A DNA stretch of 64,000 bases from an uncultured Oscillospiraceae bacterium (GTDB lineage Bacteria > Bacillota > Clostridia > Oscillospirales > Oscillospiraceae). The stretch lies in contig CALXEH010000001.1 of assembly GCA_944387285.1 (NCBI GenBank), positions 9,880 to 73,879 of the forward strand. The letters run 5' to 3'. Both the position numbers and the translations under genes were made by a program. The notes beneath the pieces are model-generated. The model was not told where the DNA came from, made no database searches, and saw nothing but the letters and a program-made list of their open reading frames with translations. Below, in pieces: positions 46,000 through 55,269 of the stretch; positions within the stretch are counted from its first letter, which is position 1; each line of letters starts with the position of its first letter.

Positions 46000-47700
46000 T
46001 CAGCCCAGGTCCTTCGGCTCCACGGTGACGGTCTCGTAGTTCGTGTAGATGACCTTGCCGGGCAGGGCGCCGGAGGGCTTTTTGACGTTCTTCACCAGGG
46101 TGAAGTCCACGGCGGCCTTGCCGGACTCGCGCGCCTGGGAATAGTACGCGGCCAGCTCCGCCGCCTGGCGGAGCGTCCCGTCGTCCGGGCGCGTGTCCTC
46201 GGCGCGGATTATGACGTGCGAGCCGTGCAGCTTCTGCACATGAAGCCAGACATCCGTGCGCCGCGCGGTCTTGAAGGTCAGCTCGTCGTTCTGCGTGTTC
46301 GAGCGGCCTATCAGTATCTCGTATCCGCCCGAGGAGACCTTGCGGATGGGCCCAAGCGGCTTGACCTTGCGCTCCTTTCCGCCCTGCTTCGGCCGGCGCA
46401 GGACGTTCGCCTCCATGAGCTCGCGGCGTATCTGCGCCGTCTCCTTCTCGCTCTCGGCCCGGCTGAGCGCGTCCAGCGTGCCCTCGAGGTAGTCCAGCAG
46501 CGCCTCGCCCTCGGCGATGAGCTTTGTCAGGTGCTGCTCGGCCGCCGCGGCCTTTTTGTACTCCTTGTACGCCGCCGCCGCGTTCTGCTGCGGCGTTTTC
46601 AGCGGGTCGAGCTTTATCTCCACCGTCGGGCAGCCCTCGGCGTAATAGTCCTCGCACAGCAGCGCCCGCGCGCCCTTTTCCGCGCGCCAGAGGTTCGCCG
46701 TGATGAGGTCGCCGCGCCGGCGCAGGGCTTCCCTGTCCGCCGTTTTCTCCAGTTCCGCGCGCTGCTGCGCCAATTTGCGCGACTGCCTGTCCCTTAACGT
46801 GCGCACTGTCTTTGTCAGCTCGTGCGAGACGCGGCGCATCCGCTCCGCCCGCTCGCGCGCGGAGTAGAACTCGTCGAGCAGCTCCGAAAAGCCGCCGCGC
46901 GGCTCGCAGCGCATGGCCTCGCCGTACTGCGTGATGTGCATGAAGCTGAAATCCCGCGCCTGGCCGTTTTCCGTCAGCAGGCAGGGCGTGAATTCCCGGG
47001 CCTTTACGCTGTCGCACCAGGCGTCGAGCGCCATGGCGAGGTCTCCCCTCTCGGCCCGGTGCGCCAGCTCGCGCGCGATGAGCGGCGAGAGGCCGGAGAA
47101 GGCCTCGGCGAGGCGCTTGTCCGCGGGTTTGTCCCTGTCCGTATCCGCCAGCCGCGCCCGGCGCTCCGCGCTCGTGAGCTCGAGCGGGTTCGGCTTTGCC
47201 GGCCTCGGCGGCAGCCTGTAGAGCATCCCCGGCAGCAGACGCCTGTAGGCCTCCTCGCCGAAATCCGCCCGGCGCAGGCAGTCGATGATGACCCCTTCCC
47301 CATCCACGAGCACGATGTTCGACGAGCGGCCCATGAGCTCCACGGCCAGGCGCTTTTTGCTCTCCACGCCCAATTCGTCGCGGCAGGTGAGCTCGAAGAC
47401 GGCCATGCGCTCGTTTTCCGGCTGCCAGAGCCGGTCTATCCGCGCTCCGACCAGGTGTTTTCGCAGCAGCATGCAGAACATCGGCGGCTGCTCCGGGTTC
47501 TCGAAACGCTCCGAGGTGAAGTGGAGCCGGGCCATGCCCACGCCCGCCGATATCAGCAGCCGGCGGCTGCCGCGCCTCGAATACAGCGAAAGGAGCAGCA
47601 GGTCCTTTGCGGGCTGCTGCACCTTGTCTATATGCGCGCCCTCAAGCTCGGGCGCTATCTCGTCAATCAGTGCCGAAAGGCACACTGCGTCAAGCGGCAT
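46000..47700 (-). CDS. rqcH: NFACT-family ribosome quality-control protein (RqcH / fibronectin-binding protein A)
   Basis: 566 aa. N-terminus MPLDAVCLSALIDEI..L.GAHIDKVQQP and the C-terminal DVWLHVQKLHGSHVII are hallmarks of FbpA/RqcH. Confidence 0.88.
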   Translation of the reverse strand: MPLDAVCLSALIDEIAPELEGAHIDKVQQPAKDLLLLSLYSRRGSRRLLISAGVGMARLHFTSERFENPEQPPMFCMLLRKHLVGARIDRLWQPENERMAVFELTCRDELGVESKKRLAVELMGRSSNIVLVDGEGVIIDCLRRADFGEEAYRRLLPGMLYRLPPRPAKPNPLELTSAERRARLADTDRDKPADKRLAEAFSGLSPLIARELAHRAERGDLAMALDAWCDSVKAREFTPCLLTENGQARDFSFMHITQYGEAMRCEPRGGFSELLDEFYSARERAERMRRVSHELTKTVRTLRDRQSRKLAQQRAELEKTADREALRRRGDLITANLWRAEKGARALLCEDYYAEGCPTVEIKLDPLKTPQQNAAAAYKEYKKAAAAEQHLTKLIAEGEALLDYLEGTLDALSRAESEKETAQIRRELMEANVLRRPKQGGKERKVKPLGPIRKVSSGGYEILIGRSNTQNDELTFKTARRTDVWLHVQKLHGSHVIIRAEDTRPDDGTLRQAAELAAYYSQARESGKAAVDFTLVKNVKKPSGALPGKVIYTNYETVTVEPKDLG

Positions 47701-48085
47701 CTAGATCCTCCGTGATAATGTCAAACAGCTCTCTCGCGCGCTCATGCTCGCCGCGCAGCCAGAGCCAGCCGAAGACCGCCTCCAGCGCCGTCGCCGCGTG
47801 GTACTGCCCCGGCGTGGAGCCGTGCGGCACCGTGTTGACGTGGCTGTTGCGCCCGCGCCGGTAGACGTCGTGCTCCGCCTCCGTCAGGTGCGGCAGTATC
47901 ACCGCCGCCGCCCTCGCCTGCGCCGGGGCCTTCACCCGCGCCACCGTCTCGCGGTGCAGCTGCACCACCGTGGCTATGCCGCGCTCCGCCAGCAGCGTGC
48001 GCGTGAGCAGCTCGTACACCGCGTCGCCCACATGCGCGAGCGCCAATATGCTGAGTTTGCCCAGCTCGGCGTCCGTCATGCTCAT
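47690..48085 (-). CDS. mrnC: Mini-ribonuclease 3
   Basis: 131 aa from the ATG at 48085 (ATGA overlap with the ftsK stop), with ALAHVGDAVYEL and RGRN motifs. An alternative ATG is at 48079. Confidence 0.8.
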   Translation of the reverse strand: MSMTDAELGKLSILALAHVGDAVYELLTRTLLAERGIATVVQLHRETVARVKAPAQARAAAVILPHLTEAEHDVYRRGRNSHVNTVPHGSTPGQYHAATALEAVFGWLWLRGEHERARELFDIITEDLDAA

Positions 48086-50664
48086 TCCTCGTCCGAGTCC
48101 GTGCCGAACTCCATCTCGGTCTGGAAGCGCTCCGTCGGCGCGGCGCCGCTCATGAGCTGCATCTCCTGCCACTGCTGCTTGGTTATCAGCACCTGCCTCG
48201 GCTTCGAGCCCTCAAAGGGCCCGACTATGCCCAGCTGCTCCATCTGGTCCACCAGCCGCGCCGCGCGCGAGTAGCCCAGCTTAAGCCGCCGCTGCAGCAT
48301 CGACACGCTCGCCTGCTTCGTCTCGAATATGACGTCCACCGCCTGCGGCAGCAGCTCGTCGAACTGCGACTTCGCCTGCGGCTCCTCGTCGTCCTGGTTT
48401 TTCGCCGCGCCGGAACCGCCGTTTGAGGGCTTGTCCTCCGCCGCCTTCTCGATCTGCTCGAGGATGTCCTCCGAATACTCCGGCGACGAGCTGCGCTTTA
48501 TGAAGTCGATGACGTCCTCGCGCTCCTCGTCCGAGACATACGCGCCCTGGATGCGCATGGGCTTGCCGCTGCCCAGCGGCGAATACAGCATGTCGCCCAT
48601 GCCGATGAGCTTTTCCGCGCCCGCCGAGTCGAGGATGATGCGCGACTCCATGGCGCTCGAGACCGCAAAGGCTATGCGGCTCGGGATGTTCGCCTTCATG
48701 AGGCCCGTGATGACGTCCGCAGACGGCCTCTGCGTGGCGATGATGAGGTGCATGCCCGAGGCGCGGCCCATCTGGGCCACGCGGCAGATGCTCTCCTCCA
48801 CGTCCTTGGACGCGACGAGCATGAGGTCGGCCAGCTCGTCCACGACTATGACGACCTGCGGCATCGTCTCGCCGCCTGTCTTCTTCTGGTGGGCGTTATA
48901 GCCCGCGAGGTCGCGCACGCCGGCCTCGGAAAACAGCCTGTAGCGCTTGAGCATCTCCACCACAGCCCACTGCAGCGCGCCCGCCGCCTTCTTCGGGTCG
49001 GTCACGACGGGTACGAACAGGTGAGGTATGCCGTTGTAGATGCCCAGCTCGACCATCTTCGGGTCAATCATGATGAGCCGCACCTGCTCGGGCGTGGACT
49101 TGTACAGCAGGCTCAGCAGCAGCGAGTTGAGGCAGACCGACTTGCCAGAGCCGGTCGTGCCCGCGATGAGCATGTGCGGCAGCTTGGCGATGTTGCCGAC
49201 CACGCACTCGCCGCTTATGTCCTTGCCGATGGCAAAGCTGAGGCTCGAGGACGCATTCTTGAAGGCCGGCGAGTCGATGATGTCGCGCAGGTAGACGATG
49301 CTGACTATCTTGTTCGGCACCTCGACGCCGACGGTGGAGATCTTGTCCGGGATGGGCGCGATGCGCACGTTCATGACGCCCAGCGAGAGGGCGAGGTCGC
49401 TTGAGAGGTTCGTGAGCTTCGTGAGCTTCACGCCCGCGTCCAGCTCGAGGTCGTAGCGCGTGACCGTGGGCCCGCGCGTGACGCCGACGATGTTCGCCGC
49501 GACGCCGAAGCTGTGCAGCGTGGTCTCTAGCCGGTCACGGTTGAGGGCGATCTCGTCCCTGCCGTCCACGGCCGCGGCCGTGCCCTTGCGCAGCAGGTCA
49601 ACGGGCGGGAACTCGTATTCCGGCGTGGTCGCGGCGGCGCGGTCTATCTCCTCCGCGACTGCTGCGGTCTCCGCCTCGACCTCGGCCTTGCTCGGCTTGG
49701 CGGGCTTGGGCGGCTCTATGGGCGGCACAGGCGGCGGCGTCACGGGCGCAAAGCCCGCGTCGGGCAGCTCGTCCTCAAAGTCGAACACCGGCTCGGCCTT
49801 CGGCTGGGGCTTCTGCCTGGGCTTGCGCTCGCTCCTCACGCCCAGCTCGTCCTCCGTGAAGTAGCTGAGCTTCACGTCTTCGTAGTCCTCAAGCTCGCTC
49901 GGGTCGTCGTCCATGGGTATGTCGATGACGCGGTTTTTGGGCTTTTTGGCCGGTTTCGGCTGGTCTTTGGGCTGTTTTTTGGGCTGGGGCTGGTCAAATT
50001 CCTCCTCCGGCTCGGGCTCGTATTCGCGGTGCTCGCGGCCGGAAAGCCAGGCGGCTATCTTGCCGAAGCTCAGGTTCACGGCGTAGATGAGGAAGAACAG
50101 GAACAGCGCCAGCAGCAGCGGGAAGGCCCCGTACACGCTGAACATGGACTCCAGCGCCATGGACAGCAGGCCGGAGACCAGGCCGCCGCCTTCGAGCAGC
50201 TTGCCCTCGGCGTACAGGCCCTGTATCAGCGGCGTAAGCTTGCCGCCCAGCTCCAGCGCCGTGCGCGAGAACAGCAGATGCGCCATGGCCCCGAACATTA
50301 TGGGCAGCATGCAGCAGCAGAAGACGCGGAAGCCCACGGGCCGGCCGCGGTGGAAGGCCAGGGTGATGGCCATGAGCACCAGCGCGGGCGGGAACAGGTA
50401 ATAACCCCAGCCGAGCACGCCCTGGATGACGCCGCAGAAGAGGTCTATGAACCAGCCGTCCACGTCGAAGCAGCCGATAAACGACAGTATGGCCAGAAAC
50501 AGGCATACTGCCGCGCCGACCTCGCGCCGGATGGGGCGCGGGGCGTTTTTGGAGCTTCTGGAATTTGTCTTCGCGGCGGAGGCGGTCTTTTTGGCCGCGG
50601 TGCCGCTTTTCTTTGCGGTGCCGGACGAGCTCGAGCTCTTCCGGCTGCCGTTCGTAGTCGCCAT
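48082..50664 (-). CDS. ftsK: DNA translocase FtsK/SpoIIIE
   Basis: 860 aa with N-terminal TM segments, a Pro/Lys-rich linker, motor domain GTTGSGKSV, and a gamma winged helix (LGYSRAARLVDQME). Confidence 0.93.
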   Translation of the reverse strand: MATTNGSRKSSSSSGTAKKSGTAAKKTASAAKTNSRSSKNAPRPIRREVGAAVCLFLAILSFIGCFDVDGWFIDLFCGVIQGVLGWGYYLFPPALVLMAITLAFHRGRPVGFRVFCCCMLPIMFGAMAHLLFSRTALELGGKLTPLIQGLYAEGKLLEGGGLVSGLLSMALESMFSVYGAFPLLLALFLFFLIYAVNLSFGKIAAWLSGREHREYEPEPEEEFDQPQPKKQPKDQPKPAKKPKNRVIDIPMDDDPSELEDYEDVKLSYFTEDELGVRSERKPRQKPQPKAEPVFDFEDELPDAGFAPVTPPPVPPIEPPKPAKPSKAEVEAETAAVAEEIDRAAATTPEYEFPPVDLLRKGTAAAVDGRDEIALNRDRLETTLHSFGVAANIVGVTRGPTVTRYDLELDAGVKLTKLTNLSSDLALSLGVMNVRIAPIPDKISTVGVEVPNKIVSIVYLRDIIDSPAFKNASSSLSFAIGKDISGECVVGNIAKLPHMLIAGTTGSGKSVCLNSLLLSLLYKSTPEQVRLIMIDPKMVELGIYNGIPHLFVPVVTDPKKAAGALQWAVVEMLKRYRLFSEAGVRDLAGYNAHQKKTGGETMPQVVIVVDELADLMLVASKDVEESICRVAQMGRASGMHLIIATQRPSADVITGLMKANIPSRIAFAVSSAMESRIILDSAGAEKLIGMGDMLYSPLGSGKPMRIQGAYVSDEEREDVIDFIKRSSSPEYSEDILEQIEKAAEDKPSNGGSGAAKNQDDEEPQAKSQFDELLPQAVDVIFETKQASVSMLQRRLKLGYSRAARLVDQMEQLGIVGPFEGSKPRQVLITKQQWQEMQLMSGAAPTERFQTEMEFGTDSDEE

Positions 50665-50680
50665 TGTATCAGCAGTCCTT

Positions 50681-51520
50681 TCAGAAGATGAGGCTGAGTA
50701 TGATCGTCAGCGCGCCGGCGCCCCAGCAGTAGTAGGCGAACCAGCCGAATTTGCTCTTTTTGGCGATGAGCTTCATGAGCAGTATCGCCGCGATGCCGGA
50801 GAGCATGGCGAAGAGCATGCCGATGAGGTAAGCCGGGATGAGCGCGGGATCGACGCTCTCCTCGCCGATGGCCTTGATGAGGCTCAGGAGGTTAGCGCCG
50901 AGCACGGCGGGCAGGCTCAGGAGGAAGGAGTATTTCATGGCGAACTTCCGCTCGAGCCCGGTGGCGATGCCGGCGGTGATGGTGGTGCCGGAACGGGACA
51001 GGCCGGGGATGGTCGCGACGCACTGGCACAGGCCGATGATGAGCGCGTCGCGGAAGCGCATGTTTTTCTCGGTGCGCCTGCCGGGCGTCATCCTGTCGGA
51101 GACGAAGAGCAGGCAGCCGGTGAGCAGCAGCGCGACGCCGATGAAGGGCGTTATGTAGTAGAGCTGCTCGACGCTGTCGTTGATGGGCAGCACGAGGAAG
51201 AGCGGCAGGGTGCCGACGACGATCATGAGGAAGAGCCTCGCCGCGCCGAGGGGCTGGGTCACAGGCGTACCGTCGGCGCGCCTTCCGCCGCGCAGGACGA
51301 TAAAGACCTCGCGCACCATGGCGACGATGTCGGCCCAGTAGCAGACGCAGATGGAGATGAGCGTACCGAGGTGGAGCAGCACGTCAAAGAACATATGCTC
51401 CTCACCTGCGGAGAGCGCGAAAAGGTTCTGCAAAATGGCAAGGTGCCCAGAGCTCGAGATAGGCAAAAACTCCGCCACACCCTGCACGATGCCCAAAAGG
51501 ATGGCTGAAGAAATGGTCAC
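50681..51520 (-). CDS. uppP: Undecaprenyl-diphosphate phosphatase
   Basis: AILLGIVQGVAEFLPISSSGHL and PGLSRSGTTI motifs. I preferred the GTG at 51520 (GGAGG, 8-nt spacer) to the ATG at 51565. Confidence 0.88.
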   Translation of the reverse strand: MTISSAILLGIVQGVAEFLPISSSGHLAILQNLFALSAGEEHMFFDVLLHLGTLISICVCYWADIVAMVREVFIVLRGGRRADGTPVTQPLGAARLFLMIVVGTLPLFLVLPINDSVEQLYYITPFIGVALLLTGCLLFVSDRMTPGRRTEKNMRFRDALIIGLCQCVATIPGLSRSGTTITAGIATGLERKFAMKYSFLLSLPAVLGANLLSLIKAIGEESVDPALIPAYLIGMLFAMLSGIAAILLMKLIAKKSKFGWFAYYCWGAGALTIILSLIF

Positions 51521-51841
51521 AGAGCAATCCTCCAAAAAAACAAATATCAACGCAAACGCGCACACTGACTAATTATATTAACACACTTTTTCCAAAAGAA
51601 CAAGCACGGACGGTGAATAAATTAGCGCCGCTCAATATCCTCACGGGACCAGCTTGCTGCTGCTGACGAAGGTTCCGGAAACTCCAGGCAGCCCTAACCG
51701 TACGGCTCCTGTTCAGCCAAGGCACCGACGCCTGCACTGATCCAGGTGAGCGAACATCCCCTTGAAAAACCTTTCCGTTTGTGTAATAATAAAGAAACTA
51801 AAAGAAACATACACGTCTGATAAATTGAGAGGTAGATATAT

Positions 51842-52477
51842 ATGCGCCTGAACGAGCAGGATCTGCACGCTCAGAAAGAGAGCATTCTGAGTGCAGCGTT
51901 TGAAGTTTTTGCGACTGTGGGTTACTCCGCGTGCAGAATGGAGATGATCTCTCAAAAAGCCGGCATATCGCGTTCTCCGCTCTACTACCATTTTAAAAAT
52001 AAACATGAACTTTTCACTGTAGTATGCAAACGTTATTTCGCATTCTATCTTGACAAAATGGACGATCTATACAATAACGAGCCGAATCAGAGCATATATG
52101 AGCGATTCTACAAACTGTTTCTTGAATCCCGGCTCCCGCTTTACTCCAACGGCAACCAGCTTTCCAGCCAGATCCTGCAAGGCGGCAATGAATTGTCTGA
52201 GCTGAAGAAACTGCACGCAGAATACTGGCGCGAACTCAGGATGAAAGATATGGCGGCCTTAAATCGTGCGCAGAGCCGAAATGAGCTTCGACCTGATGCT
52301 GATCTCAACGTCATATTAGATTATTATTATACCGTCTATCACGGCCTGCGCGCACTTAAGCTCCAAGAGGAATTTGCCGATTACTCCAAGCTGGAAGCCC
52401 TGTGCTATTCGGCAGTACGCATGATGGAAAGCCTCTATGCGCCAGATACCTGGACGCCTGACAAATTCCGAGCATAA
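51842..52477 (+). CDS. TetR/AcrR-family transcriptional regulator (in lower-GC islet)
   Basis: 211 aa with HTH FATVGYSACRMEMISQKAGISRSPLYYHFKNKHELF. Confidence 0.85.
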   Translation: MRLNEQDLHAQKESILSAAFEVFATVGYSACRMEMISQKAGISRSPLYYHFKNKHELFTVVCKRYFAFYLDKMDDLYNNEPNQSIYERFYKLFLESRLPLYSNGNQLSSQILQGGNELSELKKLHAEYWRELRMKDMAALNRAQSRNELRPDADLNVILDYYYTVYHGLRALKLQEEFADYSKLEALCYSAVRMMESLYAPDTWTPDKFRA

Positions 52478-52507
52478 AACTAATGCCCCTATCCCCTGCT
52501 GCCCTGT

Positions 52508-52535
52508 CAGCGGCCCGCCTCTATGCGGGCCGCTG
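52508..52535 (+). terminator. Stem-loop after the islet TetR gene
   Basis: CAGCGGCCCGC-CTCTAT-GCGGGCCGCTG forms 11 bp. The U-tract is weak. Confidence 0.45.
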
Positions 52536-52584
52536 ATCGTTTGCGGCATATTGCCTGAATTTTATCATACACAATGACCCAGCC

Positions 52585-53823
52585 ATGGGAGCTGAAATAG
52601 CAAAGCTGTGCGAGGATGCGGGAGCAGACCTGATAAGCTGCACAACTGGCTTTTCGGTCACAAAAGATCAATGCTTTGAGGCGGAGTTCAGCCCTGAGGG
52701 CGGACGGATCTTCTTTGGCGCCGAGGTAAAAAAGCTCTGTAAAAAGGCCAAAGTAGCCGTCGTGGGCAAAATCCGTGATCCGCAAATGGCAGAAGCGGCC
52801 CTGGCAAACGGCGACGCAGACCTTATAATCGGTTCCAGGACCCATCTTGCAGACCCCTATTGGACGCTGAAGACTCAGATGGGACGCGAAGATGAGATAC
52901 GCAAGTGCATGAGCTGCCTCGAGTGCTTCAAGCTCTTTCGTCCGGGTGCGCACAACATGCGCTGCGCTATCAATCCCTTTGTGGGCTATGAGTTAACAGC
53001 CACCGAGCACAATGTCCCTATATCCGGCCATCCTAAAAAGCTGCTGATAGTCGGAGGCGGTGTAGGAGGTATGCAGGCTGCAATCATAGCGAAGAAACGT
53101 GGGCATGAGGTCAAACTAGTTGAAAAAACGGACAAGCTCGGCGGACATATGCGTTTGGCTGGTACTCCGCCTTATAAAGACAGCTTGATCCGCGCGATGA
53201 ACTGGTTCATTGATGAGGTGGAGCGTCTAAATATAGACGTAGAGTACAACATCGATGCAGATCTCGACTATATCAGGAGCTGCGGGCCTGATGTCGCCAT
53301 ACTCGCGTTCGGGGCCGAGCCCGCTCGCCCGCCTATAAAAGGCATAGAACGCTGTATCGACGCCTGGGACATTCTTTCCGAGCCGAAAAAGGCGCCTGCC
53401 GGCAAAGAAATAGTAGTTCTGGGCGGCGGCACCGTCGGTTGTGAGACGGCAGAATTTCTCGCCTTCCGCGGCAACCGAATATCCGTCATAGAACTGACGG
53501 GCGAGCTGTGCCGCGATCAGGAACAGCAGCACAAGGAACATGTCCTGATGGAACTCTCAAAGCGGGGCGCTGCGCTGCTTACAAGTTGTGCGGCACAGGA
53601 GATAGGCGAAGGCTTTGTCAGCTTCATAGACGGTGCGGGTAAAATGCACACAATAAAGTGCGACGCTGTTGTCTGCGCCACGGGCCAGCGGCCTCTGCAC
53701 CCTGACTGGGTCAACGAGCTGAGAGCCGGAGGCATCGACGCTTACACGCTTGGCGACGCCACCATGACCGGTGATATTCGCCGGGCGACCAGAAGTGCAT
53801 TTGACATAGTAATGGCCCTATAG
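52585..53823 (+). pseudogene. 5'-truncated Old-Yellow-Enzyme-type NADH:flavin oxidoreductase / 2,4-dienoyl-CoA (enoate) reductase
   Basis: Only the distal TIM-barrel part (GADLISCTTG), the Fe-S linker CMSCLEC..C.INP and two dinucleotide folds (LLIVGGGVGGMQAA; VVLGGGTVGCETAEFL) are present. By my recollection of ~650-aa full-length proteins, about 230 N-terminal residues are missing. The TetR stem-loop lies only ~50 nt upstream. Confidence 0.65.
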
Positions 53824-53836
53824 ATGGAGGGAAATC

Positions 53837-54639
53837 ATGAGATCAGGTCGTATTTCCGCCACCGGGTGGCTTATGGCTATCATAGCCTTTGCATTTGCCT
53901 TCTCTATATACTCTGTTGGGCGTCGTGCCGGTAACCGAGGCCTTTGGTTCATGGACAAACAATACTGTTTGGATGATACTCGGAGGTCTTGTACTCAGCA
54001 CAGCGCTTGACGAGTGCGGTCTGCTGAAACGCATAGCTTATTATGTGATATGCAAATGCGGCGGAACATATAAGGGGACCGTATTCGGATGCTTCCTCGT
54101 CGGCATAATTTTGAACATCATAACATTCTGCAATGGCTGGATAGTGACCTGCGCTTTGGTATTCGGCGTATGCAAGGCCATGGGCCTCAAGCCCGGCAAG
54201 GAGGCTGCCTTGATATGCTTTGCCGGTGCGGTCGGCAGCAACGGCAGCGTTGTCATGCTGTACCATCCCGGCTTTGTGTCAATGATGGAATCGGCCCTTG
54301 GAGAGCTGATGCCTGGGTATACGATGGGGTTTTTTACACCGATTCTGTACAACTGGACATTTGCGCTCTGGTGCTGCTTGTCATTCCTGATACTGATGAA
54401 ACTCTACAAAGTTGGAAACGGTGAATTCAGCCGCCATCTTTTCCGCGAACGCTACGCCGCGCTGGGACGTATGTCCGCAGAGGAAAAAAGAGCTTCAGTA
54501 TTTGTTGCAATACTGATGCTATATCTCTGCACCACGCAGTTTACCGGTTTCCCCGCAGCTTATGGCTTTATGCTGATACCATATTTGATGTTCTTCCCCA
54601 TTATAGGCGTCAATGATGGCAGCGCGATAAAGAAACAGG
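53837..54639 (+). pseudogene. Frameshifted and 3'-truncated anion/DASS (ArsB-NhaD superfamily) permease remnant
   Basis: GGAGGG precedes the ATG at 53837 (MRSGRISATGWLMAIIAFAFAFSIY...). The reading frame must shift near 53890-53905 to continue as LLGVVPVTEAFGSWTNNTVWMILGGLVLSTALDECGLLKRIAYY. Family-like sequence stops near 54636, about half the expected length. Confidence 0.6.
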
Positions 54640-55149
54640 ATAATCGACTTCCGCTGACGCCCGCCTTACGGCGATTTCCTCAAAGGCGATATGTACAACG
54701 GCTACGCTCTCGAGTATAACGCACACTGGGGAGATGAGCCCAGCAAGCCTCTGCTTGATAAGAGCATGGAGTCCATGATTGAAGAAATGGATAACGGCGG
54801 CGTGCGCTACGGTGTAGCTGCCTCACGTCCCTGGGCGGGAGTTACAAATGAGAGCGTCTGCGCGCTGGCGGAGGAATACCCTGACCGTTTCATTGCCCTG
54901 GCTGCCATTAACGGCGAGAACCCGTTTGTCAAGGGCATTGACGATGTCCTCGCACCCAGCATGCCGGGTTACGAGCTTTTTGTAACAGCGACCAACCGTG
55001 CGCTCAAGGAGAAAATGATCTGGGGCACCTGCTTCCCCATTGGCTCCGGCCTTAAAGGTTCCGTTCAGGCGATCCATGATATGGGCGTTAGTGACGAAGC
55101 CTTCCCCTATCTCATGTGGCTCAACGCAGAAAAGGTCCTGGGTCTGTAA
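54640..55149 (+). pseudogene. Amidohydrolase-2 (PF04909-like) remnant
   Basis: It reads IIDFR-TGA-RPPYGDFLK..., with an in-frame stop at 54655-54657 where the HxH metal motif is expected. There is no start codon, and the central part appears deleted. The C-terminus IWGTCFPIG...LNAEKVLGL is family-like. Confidence 0.5.
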
Positions 55150-55177
55150 TACATCCCCACTGGACGATTTTAATGAA

Positions 55178-55223
55178 ACACCCCCGAGCAGCGCATCACG
55201 CTCCTGCTTCGGGGGTGTTTTTC
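55178..55223. terminator. Terminator at the right edge of the lower-GC islet
   Basis: ACACCCCCGAGCAG pairs with CTGCTTCGGGGGTGT (one bulge), followed by TTTTTC. Confidence 0.7.
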
Positions 55224-55269
55224 TGTTGCTATGCGTCGCAGCACCTGCATTTGAGTTCCGCCGGCTGGT

